Notes under the pieces: model-generated
Seen by the model: the letters and a program-made list of their open reading frames with translations, nothing else
What the model was told of the DNA's origin: nothing
Database searches by the model: none
In this document: positions 52,448 through 62,862 of the stretch, piece by piece
Layout of the letters: each line of letters opens with the position of its first letter
Position numbering within the stretch: the stretch's first letter is position 1
Position numbers and translations under genes: made by a program
Source: Betaproteobacteria bacterium
GTDB taxonomy: Bacteria; Pseudomonadota; Gammaproteobacteria; Burkholderiales; SG8-41
Length of the DNA: 64,000 nt
Reading direction: 5' to 3'
Assembly: GCA_046339595.1 (NCBI GenBank)
Contig: JBKDUF010000034.1
Span: 8,963-72,962 of the forward strand

Positions 52448-54086
52448 TGACCCATTCCTTGACCACGTTCGCGACGACTTTCGGGTCCTGCCGCGCGATC
52501 ATCTTCGCGTTTTGCAGGCTCTGGTCATATCCGGCGGCGCCCAGCTGTGCGGGTGTTCCGTCGGGGCCGAGTTCGGCGCCCGCAGCGAGCACCGGTGAAG
52601 GCGGCGGCTGTGACAGGGCGCGCAGCGCCGGACGCAGGATGCCGAGAAGCAGGAACAGCGCAAGACCGCCGATCAGCAGGTGCTTGCCCATGTTCTTGGC
52701 AGTTTCAATGTGCTCAGGGTTCTTCCACAGCGGCAGTTCTTCGATCTTTTCCGGTTCAGCCACCTTGAACGGACTGTTGACCACCGACACCACGTCGCCG
52801 CGTTCCTTGCTGTAGCCGACAGCGCCCTGGACGAGCTCGGTGAGCTGGGCGATCTGCGCTTCGGGCAGCGGTTTGGTGCTGGGCTTGCCTTTGGCGTCGT
52901 TCACCGTCATGTGGTTCACCACCACGGCCACCGAGATCCGCTTGACCCGGCCCATCGGCTGTTTGACGTGGCGGATGCTCTTGTCGACTTCGTAATTGAC
53001 CGTGGAGTCGCGCCGCGCGCCCGCGGCGGCCGCAGGCGTCGTGGCTGCGACCGCGGAGCCGGCCTGGCCGGGAGTCGCGGCGATCGGGGCCGAAGCCGTG
53101 CCGGGTGCCTGGTTGCTGAGCGCGCCCGGTATGCCGCCCGCTGCAGCTGCGGCGGGGCCGCTGCTTTCGCTGGTCTGCTGGCTGCGGATCGCAGCGTCGG
53201 TGGGGCGCTGGTTTGGCTTGTAGATTTCCTCTGCCTGCTCGGTTTCGGTAAAGTCGATTTCGGCTGACACCTGGGCACGGACGTTGCCGGCTCCCAACAC
53301 CGGCGCGAGGATGCTTTCGACGCGGCGCAGGAAGGTCTGCTCGATTTCCTGCTGGAACTTGAGCTGCCCGGCATCCAGCGAGCGTTTGCCGCCGCTCTCC
53401 GATTCGCCTGAGAGCAAGGTGCCGTTCTGATCCACGATGGATACGTTTTTCGCGGGAAGCCCCGGCACGCTGTGCGAGATCAGATGGGCAATTGCAGCCA
53501 CCTGCATCGCATCGAGATTGCGCCCCGGGTGCAGGTTAACCAGCACCGAGGCGCTGGTGCGCGGCTGTTCACGGAGGAACGCGCTCGGGCGCGATAGGGC
53601 GAGGTGGACGCGCGCGCTGTGCACGCCACCCAGGGACTGTATCGAGCGCGCCAGTTCACCCTCAAGCGCGCGCTGGTAGTTGATCTGCTCGACAAACTGG
53701 CTGGCTCCGAGTTTCTGGTTTTCCATGAGCTCAAAACCGGCACCGCCGCCGCGGGGCAGGCCCTGACTGGCGAGCCGCATCCGCGCCTCGTGCAACTGCG
53801 CCGCCGGCACCATCAGCGTGCCGTCGATGAATTTGTAGGGTACATTCATCTGCTGCAGTGCCGCGATGACTGCGCCGCCCTCGCGTTCTGCGAGGTTGGC
53901 ATGCAATACCCGGTAATCGGGGGTACTGCTCCACATCCAGGCGCCCGCCCCCAAGGCGATAGCCACAGCCAAGACCACCATCAGGCTGATTTTCTGCTGC
54001 AGCGGGATCTGGGTCAGCGTCTGAAGGCGCGGCACCAGGCCGGTGCCCGGTGTGCCTGGTGCTGTCGGTTGAGCTTCCACGTTCAA
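52434..54086 (-). CDS. fliF: MS-ring protein FliF
   Basis: GFEL, YQRALEGELARSI, ARVHLA, GIPGALSNQ, NYEVDK, RGD. Confidence 0.98.
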   Translation of the reverse strand: MNVEAQPTAPGTPGTGLVPRLQTLTQIPLQQKISLMVVLAVAIALGAGAWMWSSTPDYRVLHANLAEREGGAVIAALQQMNVPYKFIDGTLMVPAAQLHEARMRLASQGLPRGGGAGFELMENQKLGASQFVEQINYQRALEGELARSIQSLGGVHSARVHLALSRPSAFLREQPRTSASVLVNLHPGRNLDAMQVAAIAHLISHSVPGLPAKNVSIVDQNGTLLSGESESGGKRSLDAGQLKFQQEIEQTFLRRVESILAPVLGAGNVRAQVSAEIDFTETEQAEEIYKPNQRPTDAAIRSQQTSESSGPAAAAAGGIPGALSNQAPGTASAPIAATPGQAGSAVAATTPAAAAGARRDSTVNYEVDKSIRHVKQPMGRVKRISVAVVVNHMTVNDAKGKPSTKPLPEAQIAQLTELVQGAVGYSKERGDVVSVVNSPFKVAEPEKIEELPLWKNPEHIETAKNMGKHLLIGGLALFLLLGILRPALRALSQPPPSPVLAAGAELGPDGTPAQLGAAGYDQSLQNAKMIARQDPKVVANVVKEWVNGNG

Positions 54087-54151
54087 CTGGCTCCGTCGTG
54101 TTCGGTGTGATCACCCGCCGCGCCTGCGGCCGGTGCATTGACTTGCTGCGG

Positions 54152-54244
54152 ATTATGGTCAGCAGCAGCACCGGGCAAGCCGCAAATAAAGCGGGATTTC
54201 CAGGCGTAATTGCACGGCCGGGACCGCGGGCCCGGTGCTACCGT
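54152..54244. promoter_or_regulatory. divergent FlhDC class II promoters for fliF and the sigma-54 activator/fliE
   Basis: Central GCAAATAAAG...TAATTGC site; -10 CATAAT (minus) and TACCGT (plus) each 34 bp from a half-site. Confidence 0.55.
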
Positions 54245-54301
54245 TGCGGCGTTTTCTGGCGGGGTCCCCCCGCAGTAGAGCGACTACAAGGAGCGTAGAC
54301 A

Positions 54302-55384
<1,083 letters not shown>

Positions 55385-55406
55385 GCCATCACGAAAGGAT
55401 GTCGCG

Positions 55407-55730
55407 ATGAATACACGGAGCATCGACCAATTGCTGGCGCAGATGCGCACGGCTGCAGCCATGGCCGGCAACCGCCCGGCGGCGCCCTCTGCCACGGCCA
55501 ACCGCAGCGAAGGCTTTGCAGAGGCGCTGAAAGGGGCGCTGGTGCGGACCAACGAGACCCAGCAGCAGGCGCGTGCCATGGCGCGCAGCTTCGAGCTGGG
55601 TGCACCCGAAGTCCAACTTCATGACGTGATGATTTCCCTGCAAAAGGCCAATATCTCCTTCCAGCAGACCGTGCAGGTGCGCAACCGCCTGGTCGCCGCC
55701 TACCAGGAAATCATGAATATGCAGGTCTAG
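55407..55730 (+). CDS. fliE: hook-basal body protein FliE
   Basis: LHDVM...QKA..SFQ...QVRNRLV.AYQEIMNMQV. Confidence 0.97.
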   Translation: MNTRSIDQLLAQMRTAAAMAGNRPAAPSATANRSEGFAEALKGALVRTNETQQQARAMARSFELGAPEVQLHDVMISLQKANISFQQTVQVRNRLVAAYQEIMNMQV

Positions 55731-55936
55731 CGCCTGTACAGAACGATCAGGCGGTCGTGTGCCGAAGCGGGCGCACAAGCCGGCAAGTTCGCCGGCAATC
55801 GACGCGGCGCACAGGCTGGACCGCATCCCTCCCAGCCTGCCCGGCATTGCTCCCGAACAGTGTGTAGGCTGGATAAATTAATCAGTTAAAACAATTACTT
55901 GCAATATCTGCCGTGGATGCGCTGCGCCGCGGCCCT

Positions 55937-56707
55937 TCAGCTCGGGGAACGGCTGCGTGTCTTGAGAAAACGCTGCTGCTGCATCACGTAGCGTTCAAGC
56001 ACGATTCTTGCGCGTTCCGGCAGCACCAGGAATTTCCAGCCGTAGCGGCGCAGGCGGCGGCCGCTGGCGAGCGTGATCTCGAAGGTGTTGCGCAATTCGA
56101 CATCGACACGCAATACATCACCCTCGGGCAATGTGATCACCGCGTGAAAGCGCGATAGCGGCTCGAGCGCCGGCAGTTCAGTCTCGGCACTGGCCGCGAA
56201 TCCTCCGCCACTGATATCGGCGATGTGCAGGCTGTGGGTTGCACCCCCGTCATCACCCGCGGGGGTGATGGTGCATTTGAGGGGTGAGGCAATCGGGGTG
56301 GAAAGGCGAAAGTACTCCCGGCGCTGCAGGCGCAGCAGGCGCTCGGGCAATGGGAGCTGGAAGGCTTCCCGACCTTCGTGGCGGATGCGCCGAGGTGTGC
56401 CGGTCACAAACTGGATCTTGACCCTGTCGAGCGAGGTCACGCAGACCATGCGGTCTGCGCGCAGCAGGCGCTCGTTGATCTGCTGATCGGGGCCGCAATC
56501 AATCAGCAGCCGGTCAGCCGTGGCATCGACGGCGAGGATGGCTGTGAGCAGCGAGGCGTTGGCCACGTCGAAATATGCCGATACCAGCGACTTGCCCGTC
56601 ATCACATCGCGCAGGATCGAGGCGATTTCCAGCTTCGAGTGGACATGGTAGTTGCTGTCGTCTTCGGACCCGCTCAGTTCGAATCGGAGCTCGGGTTTGT
56701 AATTCAT
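55937..56707 (-). CDS. ycgR: c-di-GMP-binding flagellar brake YcgR (PilZ)
   Basis: YcgR-N region (LDRVKIQF), PilZ motifs QRREYFR and DISGGG; start ATG 56707. Confidence 0.92.
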   Translation of the reverse strand: MNYKPELRFELSGSEDDSNYHVHSKLEIASILRDVMTGKSLVSAYFDVANASLLTAILAVDATADRLLIDCGPDQQINERLLRADRMVCVTSLDRVKIQFVTGTPRRIRHEGREAFQLPLPERLLRLQRREYFRLSTPIASPLKCTITPAGDDGGATHSLHIADISGGGFAASAETELPALEPLSRFHAVITLPEGDVLRVDVELRNTFEITLASGRRLRRYGWKFLVLPERARIVLERYVMQQQRFLKTRSRSPS

Positions 56708-56733
56708 GTTGCTTTTGGGTTGTTGCGCTCCGT

Positions 56734-57084
56734 TCAGGCCATACTGCCGGCGGCATAGGCATCGCGCAGCAGCCGGTTGCGCTGGGCACCTCCCAGCCAC
56801 TGTTCGAGATCGGCAAGCCTCGGTTCTACCAGGCGGCGGATGACTGCGTCATCGGCGAGGATCTGCCGGATCAGGGCGGCCTTGCGTTGCAGAACTTCCG
56901 GAGGATGCTGGTGCTGTGCCGCTTCCTCTTCGGCGACGAGTTGCTCGAAAATCCCGCGGCAGCCGGCCTCGATGCTGACCAGCTGCTCCCAGGATCCGGC
57001 TTGTGCAGCCGCGCGCATTTCAGCCGTGAGCTGGGCGACGAGCTCGTAGCGTTCGATGATGCAGGGGCTGCCCTGGCCGCTCAT
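56734..57084 (-). CDS. fliT: flagellar chaperone FliT
   Basis: M..AA....W..L..IE, IL.DD..IR.L..P; follows fliS. Confidence 0.88.
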   Translation of the reverse strand: MSGQGSPCIIERYELVAQLTAEMRAAAQAGSWEQLVSIEAGCRGIFEQLVAEEEAAQHQHPPEVLQRKAALIRQILADDAVIRRLVEPRLADLEQWLGGAQRNRLLRDAYAAGSMA

Positions 57085-57500
57085 GCCGCCCCCTGCAGAG
57101 GCGCCCGCGACGCGGTCTTGTCGACCAGTGCCCAGGCATCGCGCAGCTCTCCCAGCAGCTGGTGTACTTCGACCAGCAGGCTGTCGCTGCTGCTGAGGTT
57201 GGCCTTCAGCAACTGGTTGCGCATGTAATCGTAAAGAGAAGCCAGGCGGTCGGCGAGTTCACCGCCGCTATCACGGTCAAGACTGGCTTTCAGGCCATCC
57301 TCGATGATGGCGATGCTTTTTGAGATCGAAGCGCCGCGCTCGGGGATCCGGCCTTCGGCGAGGTGGCGGCGGGCATCGCTGATCGCAATCATCGAGCCGT
57401 CAAACAGCATCAGCACCAACTGGTGCGGATCCGCGGACTCTACACCTGTTTCAACGCCGATAGTCTTGTATGCGCTCAGGGCGCGCTGGGTGCCGTACAT
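57081..57500 (-). CDS. fliS: flagellin chaperone FliS
   Basis: ADPHQLV.MLFDG, GGELA..L.SLYDYM, L.DAW. Confidence 0.97.
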   Translation of the reverse strand: MYGTQRALSAYKTIGVETGVESADPHQLVLMLFDGSMIAISDARRHLAEGRIPERGASISKSIAIIEDGLKASLDRDSGGELADRLASLYDYMRNQLLKANLSSSDSLLVEVHQLLGELRDAWALVDKTASRAPLQGAA

Positions 57501-57520
57501 GGGGGTCTCCGCGGGTTCGG

Positions 57521-59470
57521 TCAGGTGTTGGAATTATTGCTTCCAGGCAATCGTGACAGTTGCTGGTTCAGGAAATTACTGGTCTTGCTCAGTCTGCTGA
57601 TCAATGTGTCGAGTGCGCTGAATTGCGCCCTAATACGCGTCTCGGTATCGGCCAGACGGCTGTTAAGTCGCGTGCGCTGCGTGGCAACATCCTGGATCGA
57701 GCGGTTCAGCCCGTCACTGCGGGTGTCGAGCCCACCGTTCTCCGCGAGCAGCCGCGAAGCAACACGCCCCATGGTTACGGCATAGCCCTCGGACAGGTTT
57801 AGGGTAGCCGCAGGTGTACCCTGCGCGGGCGCGCTGCTGCCGGTGTAGCGCACCACCAGTTTGTCGGCTGGTGCGCCGGAGGCGGCACGTAATACCTGGC
57901 CATTTCCAGTTGCGTCAACAGTGTTGCCGTCGAGCATGAAAAACCCAGCGACATCGCTGCCAGCAGCTGCAGTTGCGCTGCTGAAGCCCAGAGCGGTCAG
58001 CGCGGGTCCGGCCATTCCGGTCACAGCCGACGCCGCACCGTAGCGTTCGCTGGTGATCAGCAGCCGGCCTTCGTGGAGGCCGACTGTGGCTTTGGCGCCA
58101 GTCGCCGAAAGTTGTGGTGACGCGCCGATGACGCTCTGCAGAGTGGTTGCTAGCTCTTCCGGGGTATAGCTGCCGTGCGGAATGCTCAGCATACCGCTCG
58201 GGACGCCGTCGAGGTTGAGCGACAGGTTGTCGTTACTGCCGTCAATCAACGTGGTCCCAGCCGCAGCGGTAGCAGCAAGTGCGCCAGCGCGTGTGGCTGC
58301 GGCGGTTATGTGCACAGTGTAGGCGCCGGGTTGGCTGGCCTCAGTGGAGCTGACAAACTGCACCAGGTCCGAACTGCTGCGTCCACGCAGGGCAAACAGC
58401 GATGCGATATCGTCGGCTTGCTTGGCAGCCGCGGCATTAAGCCGTGTGAGGTTTAGCGTGAGCCGGCCGCTGCGGTCGAACTCGACTCCTATTTGTGAAA
58501 GCGTGGCCAGACTGCCAGATAAACCGGCCAGATTGCCTCCGGCGGTAGCACGAAGTTCTGTCTGAATACTGATCGCAGCCGAGCTTCCGGCAAGCAAACC
58601 CGCTTTCCGGGTTGTCGGGTTGTAGGCGGTCAGCGTGGTAACTGTTCCGGTCAAGTCGTTATAGGCCTTGACGAAAGACTGAACTGCCGACTGGATGCCG
58701 GAGGTATCGCGGCTGACGGTGATTTTTGTGGTACCAGTTCCTGCAAGTGAAAGCATCAAGCCCGGAATGGCTGTTGAGAGCTCATTGCCTGCTGAGATGA
58801 TGCTCACGCCATTGATCGTCACGTTGGCGTTTACTGGAGCCTGTGCCTGAGTGATATTGTCAATCGCATCCTTGACTATGCCTGTTGTCAAAGAGCTTTT
58901 GATGTTTATGGTATTGGCCGTTCCGCCGCTCGCTGCAGTCAAAACCAGCCGATACGGAGTCGTTGATCCGTCATTGATGATCGAGGCCTGAACATCTGTT
59001 TGTGCGGTGTTGATGGCGTTGCGAACCCCTTCCAGGGTGTTGTTGGCGGCATCGACGGTTATGACATGAGCGGCCCCGCTGCCAACCTGCAAGGTGATAG
59101 TTCCCGTGGATCCGGCTGCTGCCGGACTGGCCACGCCAACACTCTGGAGAACTTGTGGGACCGCCAGGCTGTTGACGCTCACGATGTAGTTACCGGGGGC
59201 GGCTGTGTTTGCCGCAGTGGCGGCAACAATTGCCGTATTTGCAGATTGGGCTTTTATGCTGTCAAAGCGCGCAGGGTCACGCAGACTGGCCAGGGAACCC
59301 TGGAAATTAGAAATGGCCCCTTTAAGCGAGCCGTAAGCGGAAAGTTGTGCCTGATAAGTTGCCTCCCGGCTGTTGAGCTGGGCAAGCGGTCGCTTCTCAA
59401 GGGCCAATAACTGGTTAACTATGGAATTGACGTCAAGATTGGAGCCAATTCCCGGAGATGACAGTGCCAT
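57521..59470 (-). CDS. fliD: filament cap FliD (long, 649 aa)
   Basis: GIGSNLDVNSIV.QL, LSAYG.LK, FVKAYN, QFSALD. Confidence 0.96.
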   Translation of the reverse strand: MALSSPGIGSNLDVNSIVNQLLALEKRPLAQLNSREATYQAQLSAYGSLKGAISNFQGSLASLRDPARFDSIKAQSANTAIVAATAANTAAPGNYIVSVNSLAVPQVLQSVGVASPAAAGSTGTITLQVGSGAAHVITVDAANNTLEGVRNAINTAQTDVQASIINDGSTTPYRLVLTAASGGTANTINIKSSLTTGIVKDAIDNITQAQAPVNANVTINGVSIISAGNELSTAIPGLMLSLAGTGTTKITVSRDTSGIQSAVQSFVKAYNDLTGTVTTLTAYNPTTRKAGLLAGSSAAISIQTELRATAGGNLAGLSGSLATLSQIGVEFDRSGRLTLNLTRLNAAAAKQADDIASLFALRGRSSSDLVQFVSSTEASQPGAYTVHITAAATRAGALAATAAAGTTLIDGSNDNLSLNLDGVPSGMLSIPHGSYTPEELATTLQSVIGASPQLSATGAKATVGLHEGRLLITSERYGAASAVTGMAGPALTALGFSSATAAAGSDVAGFFMLDGNTVDATGNGQVLRAASGAPADKLVVRYTGSSAPAQGTPAATLNLSEGYAVTMGRVASRLLAENGGLDTRSDGLNRSIQDVATQRTRLNSRLADTETRIRAQFSALDTLISRLSKTSNFLNQQLSRLPGSNNSNT

Positions 59471-59499
59471 GGAGCCAGTAATCCTGGGTTGGTTTAAGA

Positions 59500-59531
59500 A
59501 TTACGGCTTGCAATGAGCAAACTTTATGCCG
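59500..59531 (-). promoter_or_regulatory. overlapping sigma-28 and sigma-54-type promoters of fliD
   Basis: TAAAGTTT-N11-GCCGTAAT (59526-59500) and CGGCATAAAGTTTGCT, GG-N10-GC (59531-59516). Confidence 0.7.
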
Positions 59532-59560
59532 GGATGGACTTGCTCATTACACAACATATC

Positions 59561-59590
59561 AAAAAAACGGCCGGCATTGGCCGGCCGTTT
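59561..59590 (-). terminator. intrinsic terminator of fliC
   Basis: AAACGGCCGGC-CAAT-GCCGGCCGTTTTTTT on the minus strand. Confidence 0.9.
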
Positions 59591-59608
59591 CCCTGAATTG
59601 AAGCGGTC

Positions 59609-61009
59609 TTAGTTTCTCAACAGGGCAAGGACATTATTCGGTAAGGCATTGGCTTGCGCGAGCATGGCAACACCTGCCTGTTGCATGATCTGCGCCTTGG
59701 TCAGCTGCGCGGTTTCCGCCGCAAAGTCGGCGTCTTGTATGCGTGAGCGCGAGGCGGTCAGGTTTTCTGAGGAGGTCTGAAGGTTCGAGACCACCGAAGA
59801 GAACCGGTTTTGCAGAGCGCCAAGAGCTGCACGGGATGAGTTGACTGAAGTCAGCGCTGCATCAACCGAAGCCAGGGTGGTGTTTGCTCCAGTAAGCGTT
59901 GCGACACTGATGTTTGACAGGGCAGTACCAGAGAGCGCCGCCGAAGTGGTGGCTGCGGAGAAACCGGCATCCGAGGGCGCCGTGCCACTGATGGTGATGT
60001 TCTGGCTGGCGGTCAGCGTGACAGTGCTGCGGGTCGTCGCTGCAGCAGCGACGCCAGTCAAGGTCGCGTTGAATGTGCCGGTGGCCTGCGTGAACGAGTG
60101 GACGATATTGCGGCCATCGGCTGCAACAAGGTCAATGCCGGTGCCGTCATTTACTGCAGTGACTCCGGTTGCAGCACTGATCGCGTTTATGGCTGAGGCC
60201 AGGGCAGCACGGTCTACGGCGGCGCCAGCGCCGATACTGATCGTGCTGGTCGTGTAGCCGTTGATTGTCAGCGTGCCGGTACCGGCGGTGCCGCCATCGG
60301 TGGTGCCTCCAGAAACCGTCAGGCTGTTTGCGGTGGCAGTGGCCCCATGTCCACCAACGGCATTGATCGCCGCGGCAACAGAGCGGGCGTCATTTGTGCC
60401 GATAGCACCGATATCAACGCCGTTGATGACGAGATCGCCCGCAGCGATGGCATTGGCCGTTACCACCCCGCTGGTGACAGAGGCCGAAAAACTGGCACCC
60501 AGTGACGTGGTTCGGGCGCTGGTGATGGAAGAGACAGTGATGGTCTGGCCGGCGTCAGCGCCTACTTGGAAAGCCTGTGCAGAGAAAGTGCCATCAAGCA
60601 GTTTTACGCCGTTAAACCCGGTTTGAGTCGCCACACGGTCAATTTCAGCCACGAGGTCGGATACCTCAGCCTGAAGCGCTGCTCGGTCGCTAGCGCTGTT
60701 CGTGGCATTGGCAGACTGAACTGCCAGTTCACGGATGCGCTGAAGGTTATTGGTGATTTCATTGAGCGCGCCTTCCGCCGTTTGTGCCAGCGAGATACCG
60801 TCACTGGCATTCCGGGCGGCCTGATTGAGGCCGCGGATCTGGGAAGTAAAACGCTCGGAAATCGCGAGGCCGGCGGCGTCATCCTTGGCGCTGTTGATGC
60901 GCAGGCCGGTGGACAGGCGCTGCAGGGCAACATTCAGTGAATTTTGCGAGCCGTTCAGGTTGCGCTGCGCATTGAGCGAAGCAATGTTGGTGTTGATGAA
61001 TTGAGGCAT
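59609..61009 (-). CDS. fliC: flagellin
   Basis: INTNIASLNAQRNL, RLSTGLRINSAKDDAAGLAI, SRIQDADFAAET, MLAQAN. Confidence 0.99.
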   Translation of the reverse strand: MPQFINTNIASLNAQRNLNGSQNSLNVALQRLSTGLRINSAKDDAAGLAISERFTSQIRGLNQAARNASDGISLAQTAEGALNEITNNLQRIRELAVQSANATNSASDRAALQAEVSDLVAEIDRVATQTGFNGVKLLDGTFSAQAFQVGADAGQTITVSSITSARTTSLGASFSASVTSGVVTANAIAAGDLVINGVDIGAIGTNDARSVAAAINAVGGHGATATANSLTVSGGTTDGGTAGTGTLTINGYTTSTISIGAGAAVDRAALASAINAISAATGVTAVNDGTGIDLVAADGRNIVHSFTQATGTFNATLTGVAAAATTRSTVTLTASQNITISGTAPSDAGFSAATTSAALSGTALSNISVATLTGANTTLASVDAALTSVNSSRAALGALQNRFSSVVSNLQTSSENLTASRSRIQDADFAAETAQLTKAQIMQQAGVAMLAQANALPNNVLALLRN

Positions 61010-61100
61010 TTGAAGCTCCTTCCGTCAGTAAGGGTTTGAACGGCTGGTTTGCCGGTGACAGCGGTTTGCCGTTGTGCAAAAAACCGCCGTCGCCCAAGCA

Positions 61101-61128
61101 ATTACGACAGGTGGCAGTACGGACTTTA
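61101..61128 (-). promoter_or_regulatory. sigma-28 promoter of fliC
   Basis: TAAAG-N15-GTCGTAAT; the -35 overlaps the TAA stop of the GGDEF gene. Confidence 0.75.
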
Positions 61129-62745
61129 GGCGGCGCCGTCGCGCAGCACGGTGATTACCCGGTTTTTACCGGCGGCTTTGGCCCGGTATAGCGCCTTGTC
61201 GGCGCGGCTGATCACGTCTGGCTGCTTCTCTCCGGGAGCGTGCTCGGTTACCCCGGCGCTGAATGTAATCAGCAAGTGCTCGCTCTCGTGGAGGAAGAAA
61301 TGTTTGGTCAGGCTCCGCTGCAACCGAATGATGGCATGCTCCGCCTCTTCCGCAGTGGAGTCCGGCAGCAGGATCAGGAATTCCTCTCCACCGAAGCGCG
61401 CCACCGAGTCGTTGGGACGCATGGTCTGGCGAAAAACCCGCGACAGGTGTACCAGCGCCCCATCGCCTGCCTGGTGACCGTGGATATCGTTTATTTTTTT
61501 GAAGTTGTCGACATCGAGTAGTGCCAGCGCCAGCGGGCGGCCACTGCGGTTGCGGATTGCAATTTCTCGCTCGAAAACCTCGTCCATGCCGCGGCGATTG
61601 AGCGTCCCTGTGAGCTGGTCCTCACGCACCTTCTCGCTCACCTGGACCAGTTCAGCCTCCAACTCGCTGATCCGCTGTTCCGAAAGCTCGACCATGCGCC
61701 GAGCCTCGATCAGGGAGTCCCGTGACTGCATGGCGTGGACCTGCATCTGTCGGGTCTCGTGCATGATTTCGTCCATCACCATGCTGATTTCACCAATGTC
61801 ATCGGTGCCCTGCAACCGTCCGGAAAGCGCGGTGATCTTGTCGTGGTACTCGCCGGTCACGGAGGACAGTTCGCTGATACTTTTGATGAAAGTACCTGCC
61901 ATTTCCTTTAGCCGATCCTTGGCTTCGGACAGGCTGTGCTTGAGCACGCCTTGGCGAACGATCGTTTCGCGAAGGCAGCGCTCAATCTGCTCCAGCGATT
62001 CGATGGTCAAAGGTGCAGAGATGATGTCCTTGATCGACTCGAGCTGGCCGTGCAGCCACTGGTCATCGGTGGTAATTTCCTGGATATTTTCGATAAGCAG
62101 GTGCAGCACCCGCAGCAGGCCTTGGCGCAGGCGGTCTCCCTCGTCGTCGTACAGGCTCAGGCGATACCAGAGCTGTCGGAGTGGGGTCGCCAGCGCCCCA
62201 ATCGCTTCGGCGTCGCGCGCTGTGCGCAGCCTTGCCGCTAACTCGCGAATTTCGGCAACCAGCTCCGGCGCGCCGGATATGCGTGATACCACTGCGCGTT
62301 CCAGTGCCTGGGAGAAGAGGCCAGCCAAAATCAGCAGTGCCTCGGAGTCGGCACCGTCCTCATTATGAAGTTTAAATGCGGTTTCCGGTGCAGTCGGCAG
62401 CCCGGACCAGCGCTGCAGCAGGCGCCGCAGCAGTTCTTTTGCCTTATCCGCATCGGTGCTGGCCGCTCCGTCGAGCACTTTTTCGATCGCAGCCATTTTC
62501 TGGGCACTGCTGTATCCCTGATGCGGTTGCCGTAACTGCCGTTGCATCAGGCGCAACAGCTCCAGCCAGTCATCCCCCTGCTGTTCCGGGCAGGGCTGTC
62601 CGGAGACTTCCTGGTAGACGCGCAGGTAATTCACCGGGGTTGGCTGCTCCCGGTGGACCGCAATCCGGCGCAGGGTTTCGCGGGCGATTTCATGCGGCGT
62701 AGCGAAAGCAGCGCCGGCGATGCGGTTGCTGCGTGGACTTTCCAT
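61126..62745 (-). CDS. diguanylate cyclase (cytoplasmic coiled-coil plus GGDEF)
   Basis: DQLTG..NRR, DVDNFKKIND..GH..GD, I-site RPND, GGEEF, RAD.ALY.AK..GKNRV. Confidence 0.95.
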   Translation of the reverse strand: MESPRSNRIAGAAFATPHEIARETLRRIAVHREQPTPVNYLRVYQEVSGQPCPEQQGDDWLELLRLMQRQLRQPHQGYSSAQKMAAIEKVLDGAASTDADKAKELLRRLLQRWSGLPTAPETAFKLHNEDGADSEALLILAGLFSQALERAVVSRISGAPELVAEIRELAARLRTARDAEAIGALATPLRQLWYRLSLYDDEGDRLRQGLLRVLHLLIENIQEITTDDQWLHGQLESIKDIISAPLTIESLEQIERCLRETIVRQGVLKHSLSEAKDRLKEMAGTFIKSISELSSVTGEYHDKITALSGRLQGTDDIGEISMVMDEIMHETRQMQVHAMQSRDSLIEARRMVELSEQRISELEAELVQVSEKVREDQLTGTLNRRGMDEVFEREIAIRNRSGRPLALALLDVDNFKKINDIHGHQAGDGALVHLSRVFRQTMRPNDSVARFGGEEFLILLPDSTAEEAEHAIIRLQRSLTKHFFLHESEHLLITFSAGVTEHAPGEKQPDVISRADKALYRAKAAGKNRVITVLRDGAA

Positions 62746-62802
62746 GGCGTCTTGTTTTCCCTGCTGCAGGGCGCCTGGATGGACGCCCTGTTGTCCGGGG
62801 AG

Positions 62803-62830
62803 TTAACGGACGCCTTGCGGCCGGACTTGA
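62803..62830 (-). promoter_or_regulatory. probable sigma-28 promoter of the diguanylate cyclase
   Basis: TCAAG-N15-TCCGTTAA, 57 bp upstream of the ATG. Confidence 0.55.
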
Positions 62831-62862
62831 GGCTTGGGTCGGGCTTTCACGGTCTGGTTCGC

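Noticed and set aside
43449-54086. Non-flagellar type III secretion system
   Set aside because: Export genes are embedded with fliG/M/N, rod, hook, rings and flagellin; no secretin or needle genes
61015-61085. c-di-GMP-I riboswitch in the fliC leader (GCACAACGGCAAACC, with CGGCAAACC twice)
   Set aside because: No GNRA tetraloop, no GACGCAAAGC segment and no receptor stem; only a simple AACGGC/GCCGTT hairpin. An Infernal search with the c-di-GMP-I model would settle it
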